DNA of 64,000 bases from positions 1,179,199-1,243,198 of the forward strand of contig NW_003314306.1 in the NCBI RefSeq assembly GCF_000143415.4. The letters run 5' to 3'. The DNA is from Selaginella moellendorffii (lineage: Eukaryota; Plantae; Lycopodiophyta). Positions 26,984 through 36,361 of this stretch are shown here, piece after piece. Each line of letters starts with the position of its first letter. The stretch's first letter is position 1. Under the pieces are notes generated by a model. The model saw only the letters and a program-made list of their open reading frames with translations. It searched no databases and was not told the origin of the DNA. The position numbers and the translations under genes were made by a program.

Positions 26984-27986
26984 ATGCAAACTGCGACGGT
27001 GTGTAGCAGCCACACGGTAGGGTTTGATCGGCGGCGCTGCGAAGTACTGCGCACGCAATGCAGGCCACGTATCATCCAGAGATTGCCGGCACAGAGTAGG
27101 AGGAGATTGATTACCGCCGCGGCTGGAAGCTCCGGGCCGAAGGGCGATGGATTCTCAGGTAGAGATTTCCTGGCGGAATTCGATGATCTGCTCAAGTTTA
27201 AGCCGGCTGACAAGGAGCAGCAGCAGGCGTCGACGAGCAGCGCGCTGTCGGATCTTTTCAAGGTGATGGACGAGAAGAAGAAGCCGGATGATAGCAGCAA
27301 GAGCATGAAGTTTGGGACATTCAAGAGCTTGGATACGGAGGACAAGCAACCCAAGGCTGGTAAGAACTTGCATTGCTTCTTTTCGTTTCCTTTTTCGTTG
27401 CTAGATCGAATTGTTGGTTTTAACTTCTGGATTGATTGATCGCTGTAGGGAAGGTCAAGAAGGAGCGGATCACAAAGAAGGTGTGACATTCCTCGTCATT
27501 TTCTTCTCTGATTCTTTTTCTCTTGCTTTTGGCAGTTTTTTGGCTCGTCTCCCGGCAAAATAGAAGTGAAGGAAATTGTCGACGCCTTTAAGCTCCATGA
27601 AGCCGATGTTGGATCGTCACAAGTTCAAGGTACGTTTTCCTTCCCATCCCAGCAATTGTTTCTCACTTTTCCCGGGGAAAAACATCCTTTGTAGTTGCGC
27701 TCCTCACCCAGCGGATCAAATACGTCGCAGCTCATCTCAAAGACAACAAAAAGGTACGCCACCAAGCTCCCAGGATGTCGATCTCGATCTCTTACAAGGA
27801 GTTACCAAATCGCAGGACTTTTCATCGCAACGGGGGCTCCGCGCGATGGTCGAGAAGAGGAAGAAGCATCTCCTATACCTGCGAAGAACAAACATGGACG
27901 GCTACAAGGTGGTGATCGCCAAGCTGGGCCTCAAAGACAACCTCGACAAAGCGAGACTGGCAGCGTCTGGCCGCCGGGGCCGTTAA
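26984..27986 (+). CDS. RPS15: Nuclear-encoded organellar ribosomal protein uS15 with transit peptide, multi-exon
   Basis: Spliced FKLHEADVGSSQVQ/VALLTQRIKYVAAHLKDNKK/DFSSQRGLRAMVEKRKKHLLYLRRTNMDGYKVVIAKLGLKDN; R/S/A-rich N-terminus. Confidence 0.88.
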
Positions 27987-28165
27987 AAAGATTGTGAGCG
28001 CCACGTCAGTTGTACACGTCATTCTAATTCTGTCACGTCAGCCCTAAATGATCTTTGTTGGCCACGTCAGCCCTAGAACTTTCTAGGGTTTTCGGGCTAG
28101 GGCTTGGGGGCGCCGCGAAGGTCGAGTATTTGAGAGAGGCCGTAGCGATGGTAGCGTGTTCTAGC

Positions 28166-28245
28166 GCGTGATGATTACATAGTTCAGATGAGTCCCACAA
28201 TGGGCGCTGACTATAAGCACTATGTCTTTCGCTCCTATCTGACGC
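28166..28245 (+). ncRNA. U80: C/D box snoRNA, U80/snR60 homologue
   Basis: C box TGATGA (28169), D box CTGA (28239), terminal GCG/CGC stem. Guides CATAGTTCA and GTCTTTCGCTCCTAT are antisense to LSU TGAACTATG and ATAGGGGCGAAAGAC, as in U80/snR60. Confidence 0.9.
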
Positions 28246-28297
28246 TTTGATCTTCCTCGGTATTTTTTCGGGTTTTCCGTGTTGTTCTTGGGTGGGC

Positions 28298-28439
28298 GGC
28301 TTCTCTAAGTTAGTCGTAAGGCTTAACTCTGTGCTTTTCGGCTCGTTCCCTTGAAGCCAAATGTCTCTGTCCTGCATCAAACGCGCTTCCTCCTTCATTG
28401 TGAACTGGATGCGCTGTGATTTCGGAGCAGGACACATTG
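28298..28439 (+). ncRNA. Putative H/ACA snoRNA (snR37/ACA10-like 5' pocket)
   Basis: Hairpins GGCTTC..GAAGCC and GTCCTGC..GCAGGAC followed by ACA+3 nt. Pocket CGTTCCCT / CTAAGTT flanks LSU AGGGAACG-U-GAGCUGGG. The H box is non-canonical (AAATGT). Confidence 0.55.
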
Positions 28440-28456
28440 ACACGAAAAGAGGGTGT

Positions 28457-28532
28457 GCTGTGATGACCAAGTTTTTCGTGTTTGATTTATCGTGGCCATG
28501 ATCACGACAAAAGAACATCTAAGGGTCTGAGC
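28457..28532 (+). ncRNA. C/D box snoRNA targeting 18S rRNA (snoR19-like)
   Basis: TGATGA 28461, CTGA 28527; guide AGAACATCTAAGGG is antisense to 18S CCCTTAGATGTTCT. Confidence 0.8.
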
Positions 28533-28848
28533 TCCCGCCAAAGCCCTCGCTTGTTTGCGATGACTTTTGCGCTTTGTTTTCTCGCGGTTGTTGGTTTGTT
28601 TCTGGCGATCGAGACGGACACGGTAAGGCAGAGAGGTGAGATCTCTTAAATGCTGCATGTTTGACCAAACTCCTTCAAAGTCGGAAAGTAGACAAGGAAC
28701 AAGAGAGGACCACGTAGCGGTGTTTGTTTACAGCCCAAAAAAAAAACTCATGTCAATCCCCAGGATTTCCATCCATGGACTCCCAAGACACCGCGAAGAA
28801 CTCATCAAACTTCACTTTTGAGTATGTGTATACAAGAGAGAAAAGAAG

Positions 28849-29566
28849 CTAGTTGTGGTTGGCAGTCCTCGGTTGCGGAGGATTCGGGGGGCCGAGGTGG
28901 TACGCCTTTGTAGTGACGACGAATTTCCGGGGCCGAGGGGGTTCCGGGGGGTCGAGCTTGTAACCCTGCGTGCTCTTCTTCGGAGCTTCTGGCGGCCCCA
29001 ACGTTAGCGCCTCGCGCCTGGCGGGAGTGGAACAGAAGGCCAGCGCTTGGCTTGGCCGGAACACGAGATCACGCGGCTGATCGAGTGACGCGGACGTAGC
29101 AAATGCTGCCGCCGGAGTGGCGCAAGAGTCGAGAGCTTTGCTCAAGAACTGGACGGAGCAAGCGTCGAACTGTGGTGGGATTTGGGCCTGGAATTGCCCC
29201 GTCTCGTTGGTGCTCACGACGGTGGAGTGATCTGGATTCCCGCGGTTGCCGACGCATTCGATTTGGATCTCGGCCTCTGTTTGACAAGTACCATGGATTT
29301 AACAGTGAGACCACAACTCTCTCTCTCTTTCTTGCTTTATCTTTACCTGAGAAGACTATGCTGTTGCGCGTGAGCCTCGCTTCCAGGCAACTATCGCAGT
29401 AGACTGTGCCAAACAGGATCCTAATTGAAGAAGAAGAGGAAGAGCGGAGAAATCTTCGCGCATCTAGCGATACCGCGTGAGATTCCAGCGCCAATACGAG
29501 TACCACTGCGAGCAGTAGACCCGAAGGAGAAGAAGATTTCAAAGAAAGGAAGATTGGGACAGCCAT
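28849..29566 (-). CDS. Pollen Ole e 1 / extensin-like secreted protein, 2 exons
   Basis: Signal peptide, GTVYCDSC, intron 29277-29346, EAEIQIEC...TNETGQF...CSVQFL...SC; Pro-rich repeated C-terminal tail. Confidence 0.85.
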
Positions 29567-29589
29567 TCAACTCATATATATATATAGGG

Positions 29590-29620
29590 GTGTGTGTGTG
29601 TGGGTGTGTGTGTGTGTGTG
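29590..29620 (+). repeat. (TG)n microsatellite
   Basis: Directly visible, adjacent to a short (TA)n at 29574-29586. Confidence 0.9.
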
Positions 29621-31117
29621 GACAAATGTGGGAAAAAAATTTCTTGTGAGCCCCTTTGGTGTCTCCTGATCCTGCTTGTTATTCACCCACCTTTCTGATT
29701 TCTCCTGACACTGCACTAAATGTGCAGGTTTTAGACATGAGCTCTCTCTTGCTACTACCTTCTTTTTATCCCTCCCTCTCTCGAATCTACTGCTCCTTGA
29801 GCTGCTGCTGGTTCACAAGCCCCACAAAAAATTTTTTTTTTTTTTGGCCGCAAGAGGACATGTAGGCGGAGATATAAGCAATTTGGTCAACACGGAGGAA
29901 TTTAAGGTTTTTCAAAGTTTCTGTAAGAGCTCAAAGTAGAGACCAGCGTTAAAGAGGGCGAGCACTATCTCTTGATTATATCATAGAAAAGTAAACAAGG
30001 CAAAGGGGATGGATTGATTCACAGAGATCACGAACGCTTTGGGCCGAATTCTAAATGGAGCGGCTGAGATCATGATCAAGATTCACCACGAGTGGGCAAA
30101 TACGCGACCATCTCCCAAGTCAAAATGCGGGTGATTACTTTTAGGATCACGCCGAGGAATCCCTGACTGCTAAACAAATCCAAAGGGGAAGTTGACAATG
30201 AATGGGGAAGCTTGCCTGCCAGCTCGCACCACCTTTAAATTTAAGCTCGTTTTTGTCGGTGTTTTCTCGATCTTCTTCTTATTTAACTTTACACTCTCGT
30301 TCTCTCTCACGTGGTACCAACAATGTACCTTTAAGGATGAATCGATAGACAATTTTCCCAAGATTGGCTCTCATTTCCAATCCACTGTTGGAGATTGCGC
30401 AACGAGATTGTTGCTTTTTGCTTGGGGAGAAGGGAGATTTCGTTTGAAGTGTTCTTCTTCTGTAAAGCAAAGGTGGTGGGCGTGTGTGTGCGTGCTTTCC
30501 ATGATTGCGTACATGATTGAGTGGAGCGTGCACTATAAGGAGCTCACACCAAGAGGGGCTTATTCCCATTGGAGGTTGGCGAATTTTTCATACCCCCATT
30601 CATGTCCCTTCGCACAGCAAGAACAAAAAACCCCCAGAAAAAACGAGGCATGCGAACCACCGCCACCTTGGATGGATGATTCGCAGCTGATGATTTGCAT
30701 GAAAGCCATACAGTGAAAATTGGAGCTTCTCTTTTGTCCCCAATTTAAAAAAAAACATACTCAAAAAGATGAATTATTACTCTAATCGTCGCTGCTCACC
30801 CAATCGTCACCAGTTAATCAATCAGTAAAACAAGAAAAAAAAAGTAGTGCGAATTTGACCGAGGCATTGTTTGGAAGCATAGGCACAGGTGATCGATCGA
30901 TTTTACACTACTATACAAGACTGGGAGGCCGTAAGCATTGTCCTCTTGCTTTCGGCCAAACAAAAATGTAATCGAACTTCTTGGTCGGTAAAAAGGAACA
31001 CTTTCAAAGTCAAACAGAAGCTTGTCACCGTGTTCATCAATGTTTGACTTGTGACAAGGACTGGCACTGATATATTCCCCGGATCTTTAGGTCAGGGCTC
31101 GAATCGCGAGACCCATG

Positions 31118-31128
31118 TAGCCGTTGGA
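31118..31128 (-). promoter_or_regulatory. MSA (mitosis-specific activator, MYB3R) element
   Basis: TCCAACGGCTA on the minus strand fits YCYAACGGYYA; ~55 bp upstream of the Borealin-like ATG. Confidence 0.65.
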
Positions 31129-31182
31129 GGGAGATTTAAAGCTACCTCGGATATTCGCTCGCATCCTGGGATTTTAGGGCTC

Positions 31183-31737
31183 ATGGCGAGGAAGAGGAGG
31201 GCGCTGGCCGTCAAGAGCAGCAATGCGAGGGCGGGGGAGGAGGAGGAGGACGCGGCGGCGGCGGAGGATGATCGCGTGGCGGAGCTGTGCCGGGCGATAG
31301 ATTTGCAAGGTGAGAGGCTGCATTCGGGGGGAAATCTCTCAATCTTGGTCTCGACAGTGCAAGCGAGGGCGACGGCGATTCGAGCCATCCGCGACGCGCA
31401 GATCGCCGAGTTCCTGGCGCAGCTCCAGCTCCAGCAGGCGAGCTTGTCGGAGGAGATGCTGGACATGCCGATTTGCGACTTCCTGGAGCGGTTCTGCCCT
31501 AACACCGAGCTCGTGTGCAAGGAGAGCGGAGTGGTGGAGATGAGGAAGAAGAAGCTGCCGACGAGCGATGCCGGGGACCCTCTGGCTTCCTTGTTTGCGC
31601 TCAGTGCGCTCAAGAACACTAGCTCCACCGCCGCCGCCGCCGCCACCGCCAAAAAGAGCTCCGCTTCCTTCTTTTGCACGCCGCGAACCTTGGGTGGTGG
31701 GATATCCTCGAGCATGAAGACTCGAAGTATGCGCTGA
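31183..31737 (+). pseudogene. Borealin-related (BORR) N-terminal part, truncated
   Basis: VQARATAIRAIRDAQIAEFLAQL...EMLDMPICDFLERFCPN resembles plant BORR (AIRAIRDxEIExxL...EQLxTPVLxFFxENxPN). 48-bp intron at 31310-31357. Ends in two TGA codons before the expected C-terminal GSP motif. Confidence 0.65.
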
Positions 31738-32419
31738 GCTTGAGAGGCTGGGCTCTTGCACCGAACAACCATTCTTTGGATCAAGTAAGTGTTACGTTTT
31801 TCTTTTCTCTTCCTCTCCTTGTGTATTGAATTTGTGTTTGCTTTCTCTTGAAATTCTTGCGGTTCTTTCTATTTTGTCTTTGTTCTTTGCTTCAAGTCTC
31901 AATCTCTGCTCTCGCTTTGTTATGTCACACAATTACTGACAAAATGTCCCTGTTCCTTTCCTAGTTTCCATCGTGGACGGGAAGGAGGACAGGTAGCTGG
32001 TCTTGTTGGATGGAATCAGGAATCTCATATTGTGTTGCTCTTCTGTCAGATCAGTCAATCAGACGTTCTTCTCAAATTGATGTGCAACAAGACAGTATGT
32101 CCATGCATCACTTCGAAGTTTCAGGTCTTGTCATGGAAGGGATATCCGTTGTTTCCGTCTTCCTAGCCGGAGCTGGTCATTTGGATAGGCATGTGTACTT
32201 TTCGATGGGAGTGACACTATGAAATAGGTGTCATGAGTTCGGAAGTTATCGTCACCTTGAGGAAAAAATCTTGAGCAGATAATGGCTGCCTCAACAGGAT
32301 ATCAATGGTTTGACTTTTTGGTTCACCTGACAGGGATTGAACCTGCTCCGGAAACAGACGTTCATTTCCTATCGACTTGTCATTTGGGCCGACACTTGGC
32401 TCTGTAACCAGTTATACAC

Positions 32420-32574
32420 ATAGGAAAAGTGCTGGTGCTGCTTGCCGCAGCTCCGATGGAGATCTTCTTGCTGGGAGCTGGGAGCTGCTCGCTCAAGCGC
32501 ATGACAAGCCAACTTGTTGCAATCCGGGCATTTGCTATCAGACTCCTCCGTTTATCGGGGCTTGCTATCCGTGA
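32420..32574 (+). pseudogene. Knottin-type peptide pseudogene copy 1
   Basis: Signal-peptide relic KVLVLLAAAPMEIFLLG is out of frame with PTCCNPGICYQTPPFIGACYP*, a paralogue of 38149-38331. Confidence 0.75.
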
Positions 32575-32639
32575 ATTTCATGAACACCATGACAATGGTC
32601 CGCCATCCTTACGGGGAAGGGTAACGCCGTGTATATAAG

Positions 32640-33356
32640 GGCAATGTTGGGGAAGAGAAACGCGCCAGAGGCTGTCGCTGATTTTCTGGGAACGGTGCGA
32701 GTTAAGCAGGATCAAGTCAAAGGAAAGTTAACAGAGGTACGACATACAGAGTGGCGACTGAGACCCGCGTCTAAGATTGCTGCATCGCATTTTCTGTCCA
32801 GGGGCTGTGGCTAGTGTGGAAGTTTCAAGGTTACCATACTTTGAATCACTACATGAAACAAAAGACATTTCCAGAGAATCTCTCAAAGCAACTTCTCGGA
32901 GACAGTGTAAGGTTGTACGCCTTGGCTAATATTAGATGTTGGTAACAGGGTTGTTTTAGGCCACAAACAAGCGTTATGGCTCTATAAACCAACGACAAAA
33001 TGCTCTAATTCTCCGAATTATAATGACTCACTTGTTATATAACCTACAACAAATCCATAGAACCAGTAAGCATGTTTGCCGCCGAATGTCTTTTAGATCT
33101 TGTTCTTACTTTATCCCCAGGCGTTGTGCACTGTGATGTAAAGCCATTAAATCTAATTCTCGCTGGTGATATGGATACTTTTAAGCTTGTCGACCTTGGC
33201 GCATGTGTCAATCTACGGTCGGTTACAATTACGTAAGTGATGAATTTTTCGCAAATCATGCTTTTCAAATGAAAATCTCAAGTACAGGTTCCGAACGAAA
33301 CAATCATGGACCCAGATTATGCACCTCCTGAGCAGTACGTCATGCCGAGCTTGTAA
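32640..33356 (+). pseudogene. STN7/STN8-like kinase internal fragment with introns
   Basis: RNAPEAVADFLGT, GLWLVWKFQG..TL..YMKQKTFPENL, GVVHCDVKPLNLIL (HRD->HCD), FKLVDLGACVNLRSGYNY/VPNETIMDPDYAPPEQYVM; both ends missing. Confidence 0.8.
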
Positions 33357-33423
33357 GCCTGCGTGCTCTTCTTCTTGTTCGGTGTCGGAGCACTATCTCT
33401 TGATTATATCATAGAAAAGTAAA

Positions 33424-33890
33424 CAAGGTAAAAGGGATGGATTGATTCACAGAGATCACGAACGCTTTGGGCGGAATTCTAAATGGAGCGGCTGATCGAG
33501 ATTCACCATGAGTGGGCAAATACGCGACCATCTCCCAAGTCAAAATGCGGGTGAATACGTTTAGGATCACGCCGAGGAATCCCTGACTGCTAAACAAATC
33601 CAAGGTAAAGGGGATGGATTGATTCACAGAGATCACGAACGCTTTGGGCGGAATTCTAAATGGAGCGGCTGATCGAGATTCACCACGAGTGGGCAAATGC
33701 GCGACCATCTCCCAAGTCAAAATGCGGGTGAATACGTTTAGGATCACGCCGAGGAACCCCTGACTGCTAAACAAATCCAAGGTAAAGGGGATGGCAGAGA
33801 TCACGAGCGCTTTGGGCGGAATTCTAAATGGAGCGGCTCATCGAGATTCACCACTAGTGGGCAAATACGCGACCATCTCCCAAGTCAAAA
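33424..33890 (+). repeat. 177-bp tandem repeat, ~2.6 copies
   Basis: CAAGGTAAA unit starts at 33424, 33601 and 33778; single-copy version at ~29996-30190. Confidence 0.92.
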
Positions 33891-33980
33891 AAGCTTGCCT
33901 GCCAGCTCGCACCACCTTTAAATCTAAGCTCGTTTTTGTTGTAGAGACCAGCGTTCGTGGAAGAGTTTACTACAATCGCA

Positions 33981-34646
33981 ATGGCCTTGATCGCGTCCTT
34001 GACCAACAAAATGTTGCTCGTCGCTGCTCTCATGGCCGCAGTGGTGGTCGACTCCTCCAGGATGATCCAGCGTCTCGTTTTGCTCTCGCCACCAACGGGG
34101 CCTAATCCGGGCGGGAACTCGAAGGATGTGGACGAGGTGGCAATGGAATTCATCTCTCCGCCATCCGGTCCCAGCCCTGGTGGTAACGGTGGATCGCGGT
34201 TTGAGGTCTCAAAGCCCCGGACGCCATCTCCTCCGGCCGGTCCGAGCCGAGTCCACAATGGAGAGGGTCAGTTCGTCGTCTCCAAGCCCCGCACAACGCC
34301 ATCTCCTCCGGCCGGTCCGAGCCCAGTCCACAATGGAGGGGGCCAGTTCGTCGTCTCCAAGCCCCGCATAACGCCATCTCCTCCGGCCGGTCCGAGCCGA
34401 GTCCACAATGGAGAGGGCCAGTTCGTCGTCTCCAAGCCCCGCACAACGCCATCTCCTCCGGCCGGTCCCAGCCCAGTTCATAGAAGGCCCGTTCGTCGTC
34501 TCCAAGCGCCATCGCCTCCGTCCGGTCCCAGCCCCGTCCACGACGAGATCGATCTTCACTTGGTTCCAGCGGGTCCGAATCCACTCCACAACTTTGGAAC
34601 CGTGTTCCATAGCGTTCCGGAGGGGCCAGATCCAGTTGGAAACTAG
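33981..34646 (+). CDS. Secreted multi-peptide precursor with CLE, TDIF-like and IDA/PIP-like modules
   Basis: Signal peptide MALIASLTNKMLLVAALMAAVVVDS; nine modules including PSPPAGPSRVHN, HLVPAGPNPLHN and terminal HSVPEGPDPVGN; 75-bp internal tandem repeat (34281, 34356, 34431). Confidence 0.85.
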   Translation: MALIASLTNKMLLVAALMAAVVVDSSRMIQRLVLLSPPTGPNPGGNSKDVDEVAMEFISPPSGPSPGGNGGSRFEVSKPRTPSPPAGPSRVHNGEGQFVVSKPRTTPSPPAGPSPVHNGGGQFVVSKPRITPSPPAGPSRVHNGEGQFVVSKPRTTPSPPAGPSPVHRRPVRRLQAPSPPSGPSPVHDEIDLHLVPAGPNPLHNFGTVFHSVPEGPDPVGN

Positions 34647-34950
34647 GGTGGAGCTATGGTCTTCTATTGATCTTTTCTTGCCATTCATGCTTGTTTCTTA
34701 ATCGTCGCCCAACACTTCGTTTTTTTCTGGCTCAATTGCATCCTCTCTTGGATAAATATTGTAATTACTTGCAAAGAAATAGACAATGCTGAATTAATCG
34801 CCCCAGTGTTCTTTGAGATTGCTCTTCCTAGATTCCAAAGCTGGCGCTAATTTGTTCTCGGAATTTCTGAACGAACGGCAAAGTTGGCGCTAAATTTTAA
34901 AACAAACGAGAGGGATATTCGGCCCTTTGTGCTAGATTTAGGGTTCTTTC

Positions 34951-36202
34951 ATGAGACAGTGGCTATGGCGGAATGCCGCTGCTGCGCGAGCTGGGATATT
35001 TGGCTGTCGATCGGGGGGCCTCTCCAGCTGCGCTCTATTCGGCGTTGAGAGCAGAGGTGCTTACGCGATTTTCTTGCCCGGCGTCAAGACGCGACGCACA
35101 GCTTGATCTTTGTGAGGCACAAGAAGCTCCGGCTCAGGCCTACGACGAACAAGGTTCTGGCGCTGGAGAATGTGGCAAGTTGGAAGTAAGTTTCGATGCT
35201 TTCGGGGCGTGTGGAGTTAGATCTGATTGATTGAACTACGATTTGTTCCAGAGCAGGCAGAATGAAGTTCCGAATGAAAGAACTAAAGCGCCTTATGATG
35301 TGCTCCCGAGAAGAACTAAGATGCAAAGAGCACGGGACTTGGTGGATGCAGTAAGTTCTTCTCTCTTTATTTCTTCTGGATCTTTCAAAACTTCGTGCAC
35401 AGGTTTTGCCACTTCCCGATGTCAAAGGGGAGATTTGGGCCGCTTGCGATACATGGATTGCCTGGGAGCTAAGATTTCCTCTGCATACAATCGAGATGGC
35501 CACTCACAGGCTCTTCCGGTTGAAACAATGGCGCAGAGTTATTCACGTAAGTTCTGTGAGTTCTCTGTTCTATCTGACTGGAAAAACGTCACAGGTGATC
35601 AAGTGGATGTTTAGCAAAGGCCATGGCTTTACAATGAACACTTATGGATGTCTCCTCCGGGCTTTGGACATTGATGGCAGGGTGGACGAGGTTGAGCACA
35701 TCTGGCATACTTTTGTGGTGACGAAACAAGAGAGCGTCCCTAGAGTTATGTATGCTCGAATGATCACGACGTATGATCGGCGAGCATTGCCAGACAAAGC
35801 TATCAAGGTAGGTAGACGAAACGTTTTGCGATCGTGGTGGTGATGGTGTTTGTTTTGTGGTCGTAGATGTTTAAAGAGCTGGAGCTTTCAGGAACGAGGC
35901 CGGATCCAGCGACAATAATCAAGATCGGGAAGATTTATGAGAAGCTCGGTTTCACGAATAAGACGGCGGAGCTACTCGAGAAGCACAAGCCAACGAAGAC
36001 GTTCATATCGTTTAAGTTCAGGTGAGCCTTGTGATTGGGCTTGGCGGAAGTTCTTACGCTTGTGATCCTGCGGCTGCTCAGAACGAAGAGTCACAAATTC
36101 ATGGGAGTCCCGGGCCATGACAGGAGGCGACTAACTTCTTCGGAGAAACAGAAAAAGAGGAAACTTAGAGAACGTCTTGCTACGATCATAGACTTTAGCT
36201 GA
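34951..36202 (+). CDS. Short P-class PPR protein (At4g21190/At4g18975-like), organelle-targeted, multi-exon
   Basis: MRQWLWRNAAAAR presequence; DTWIAWELRFPL...KQWRRVIH/VIKWMFSKGHGFTMNTYGCLLRALDIDGRVDE...SVPRVMYARMITTY. Confidence 0.85.
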
Positions 36203-36361
36203 GGCGAGCTTCTGGTCTTCTACTTTTTCTTCTTGATCAGGGGCAAATCTAAAAAAGTTTCTATAGGTTTTTTTTTTCCGGCAGCACCCCGTTTTTAAGT
36301 CATGGAAGTCCAAATCCATCCTTTAGCCGGCAGTGGTGCGAAAACAGTGGCGACAAGGAAT

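Larger units (their letters stand above)
29951..33940. mobile_element. ~4 kb composite insertion of gene fragments with terminal direct repeats and 15-bp flanking duplication
   Basis: GTAGAGACCAGCGTT at 29936-29950 and 33941-33955; 29960-30256 is repeated at 33388-33939. Confidence 0.65.

Noticed and set aside
30260-30720. Possible spliced gene fragment on the minus strand of the insert
   Set aside because: Intron-like segments are visible but the product could not be identified.
33409-33804. 131-aa repeated-domain ORF
   Set aside because: Arises from the 177-bp (59-codon) tandem repeat; no recognisable domain.
34200-34545. CRISPR-like regular repeats
   Set aside because: Contiguous 75-bp in-frame coding repeats with no unique spacers, in a eukaryotic gene.
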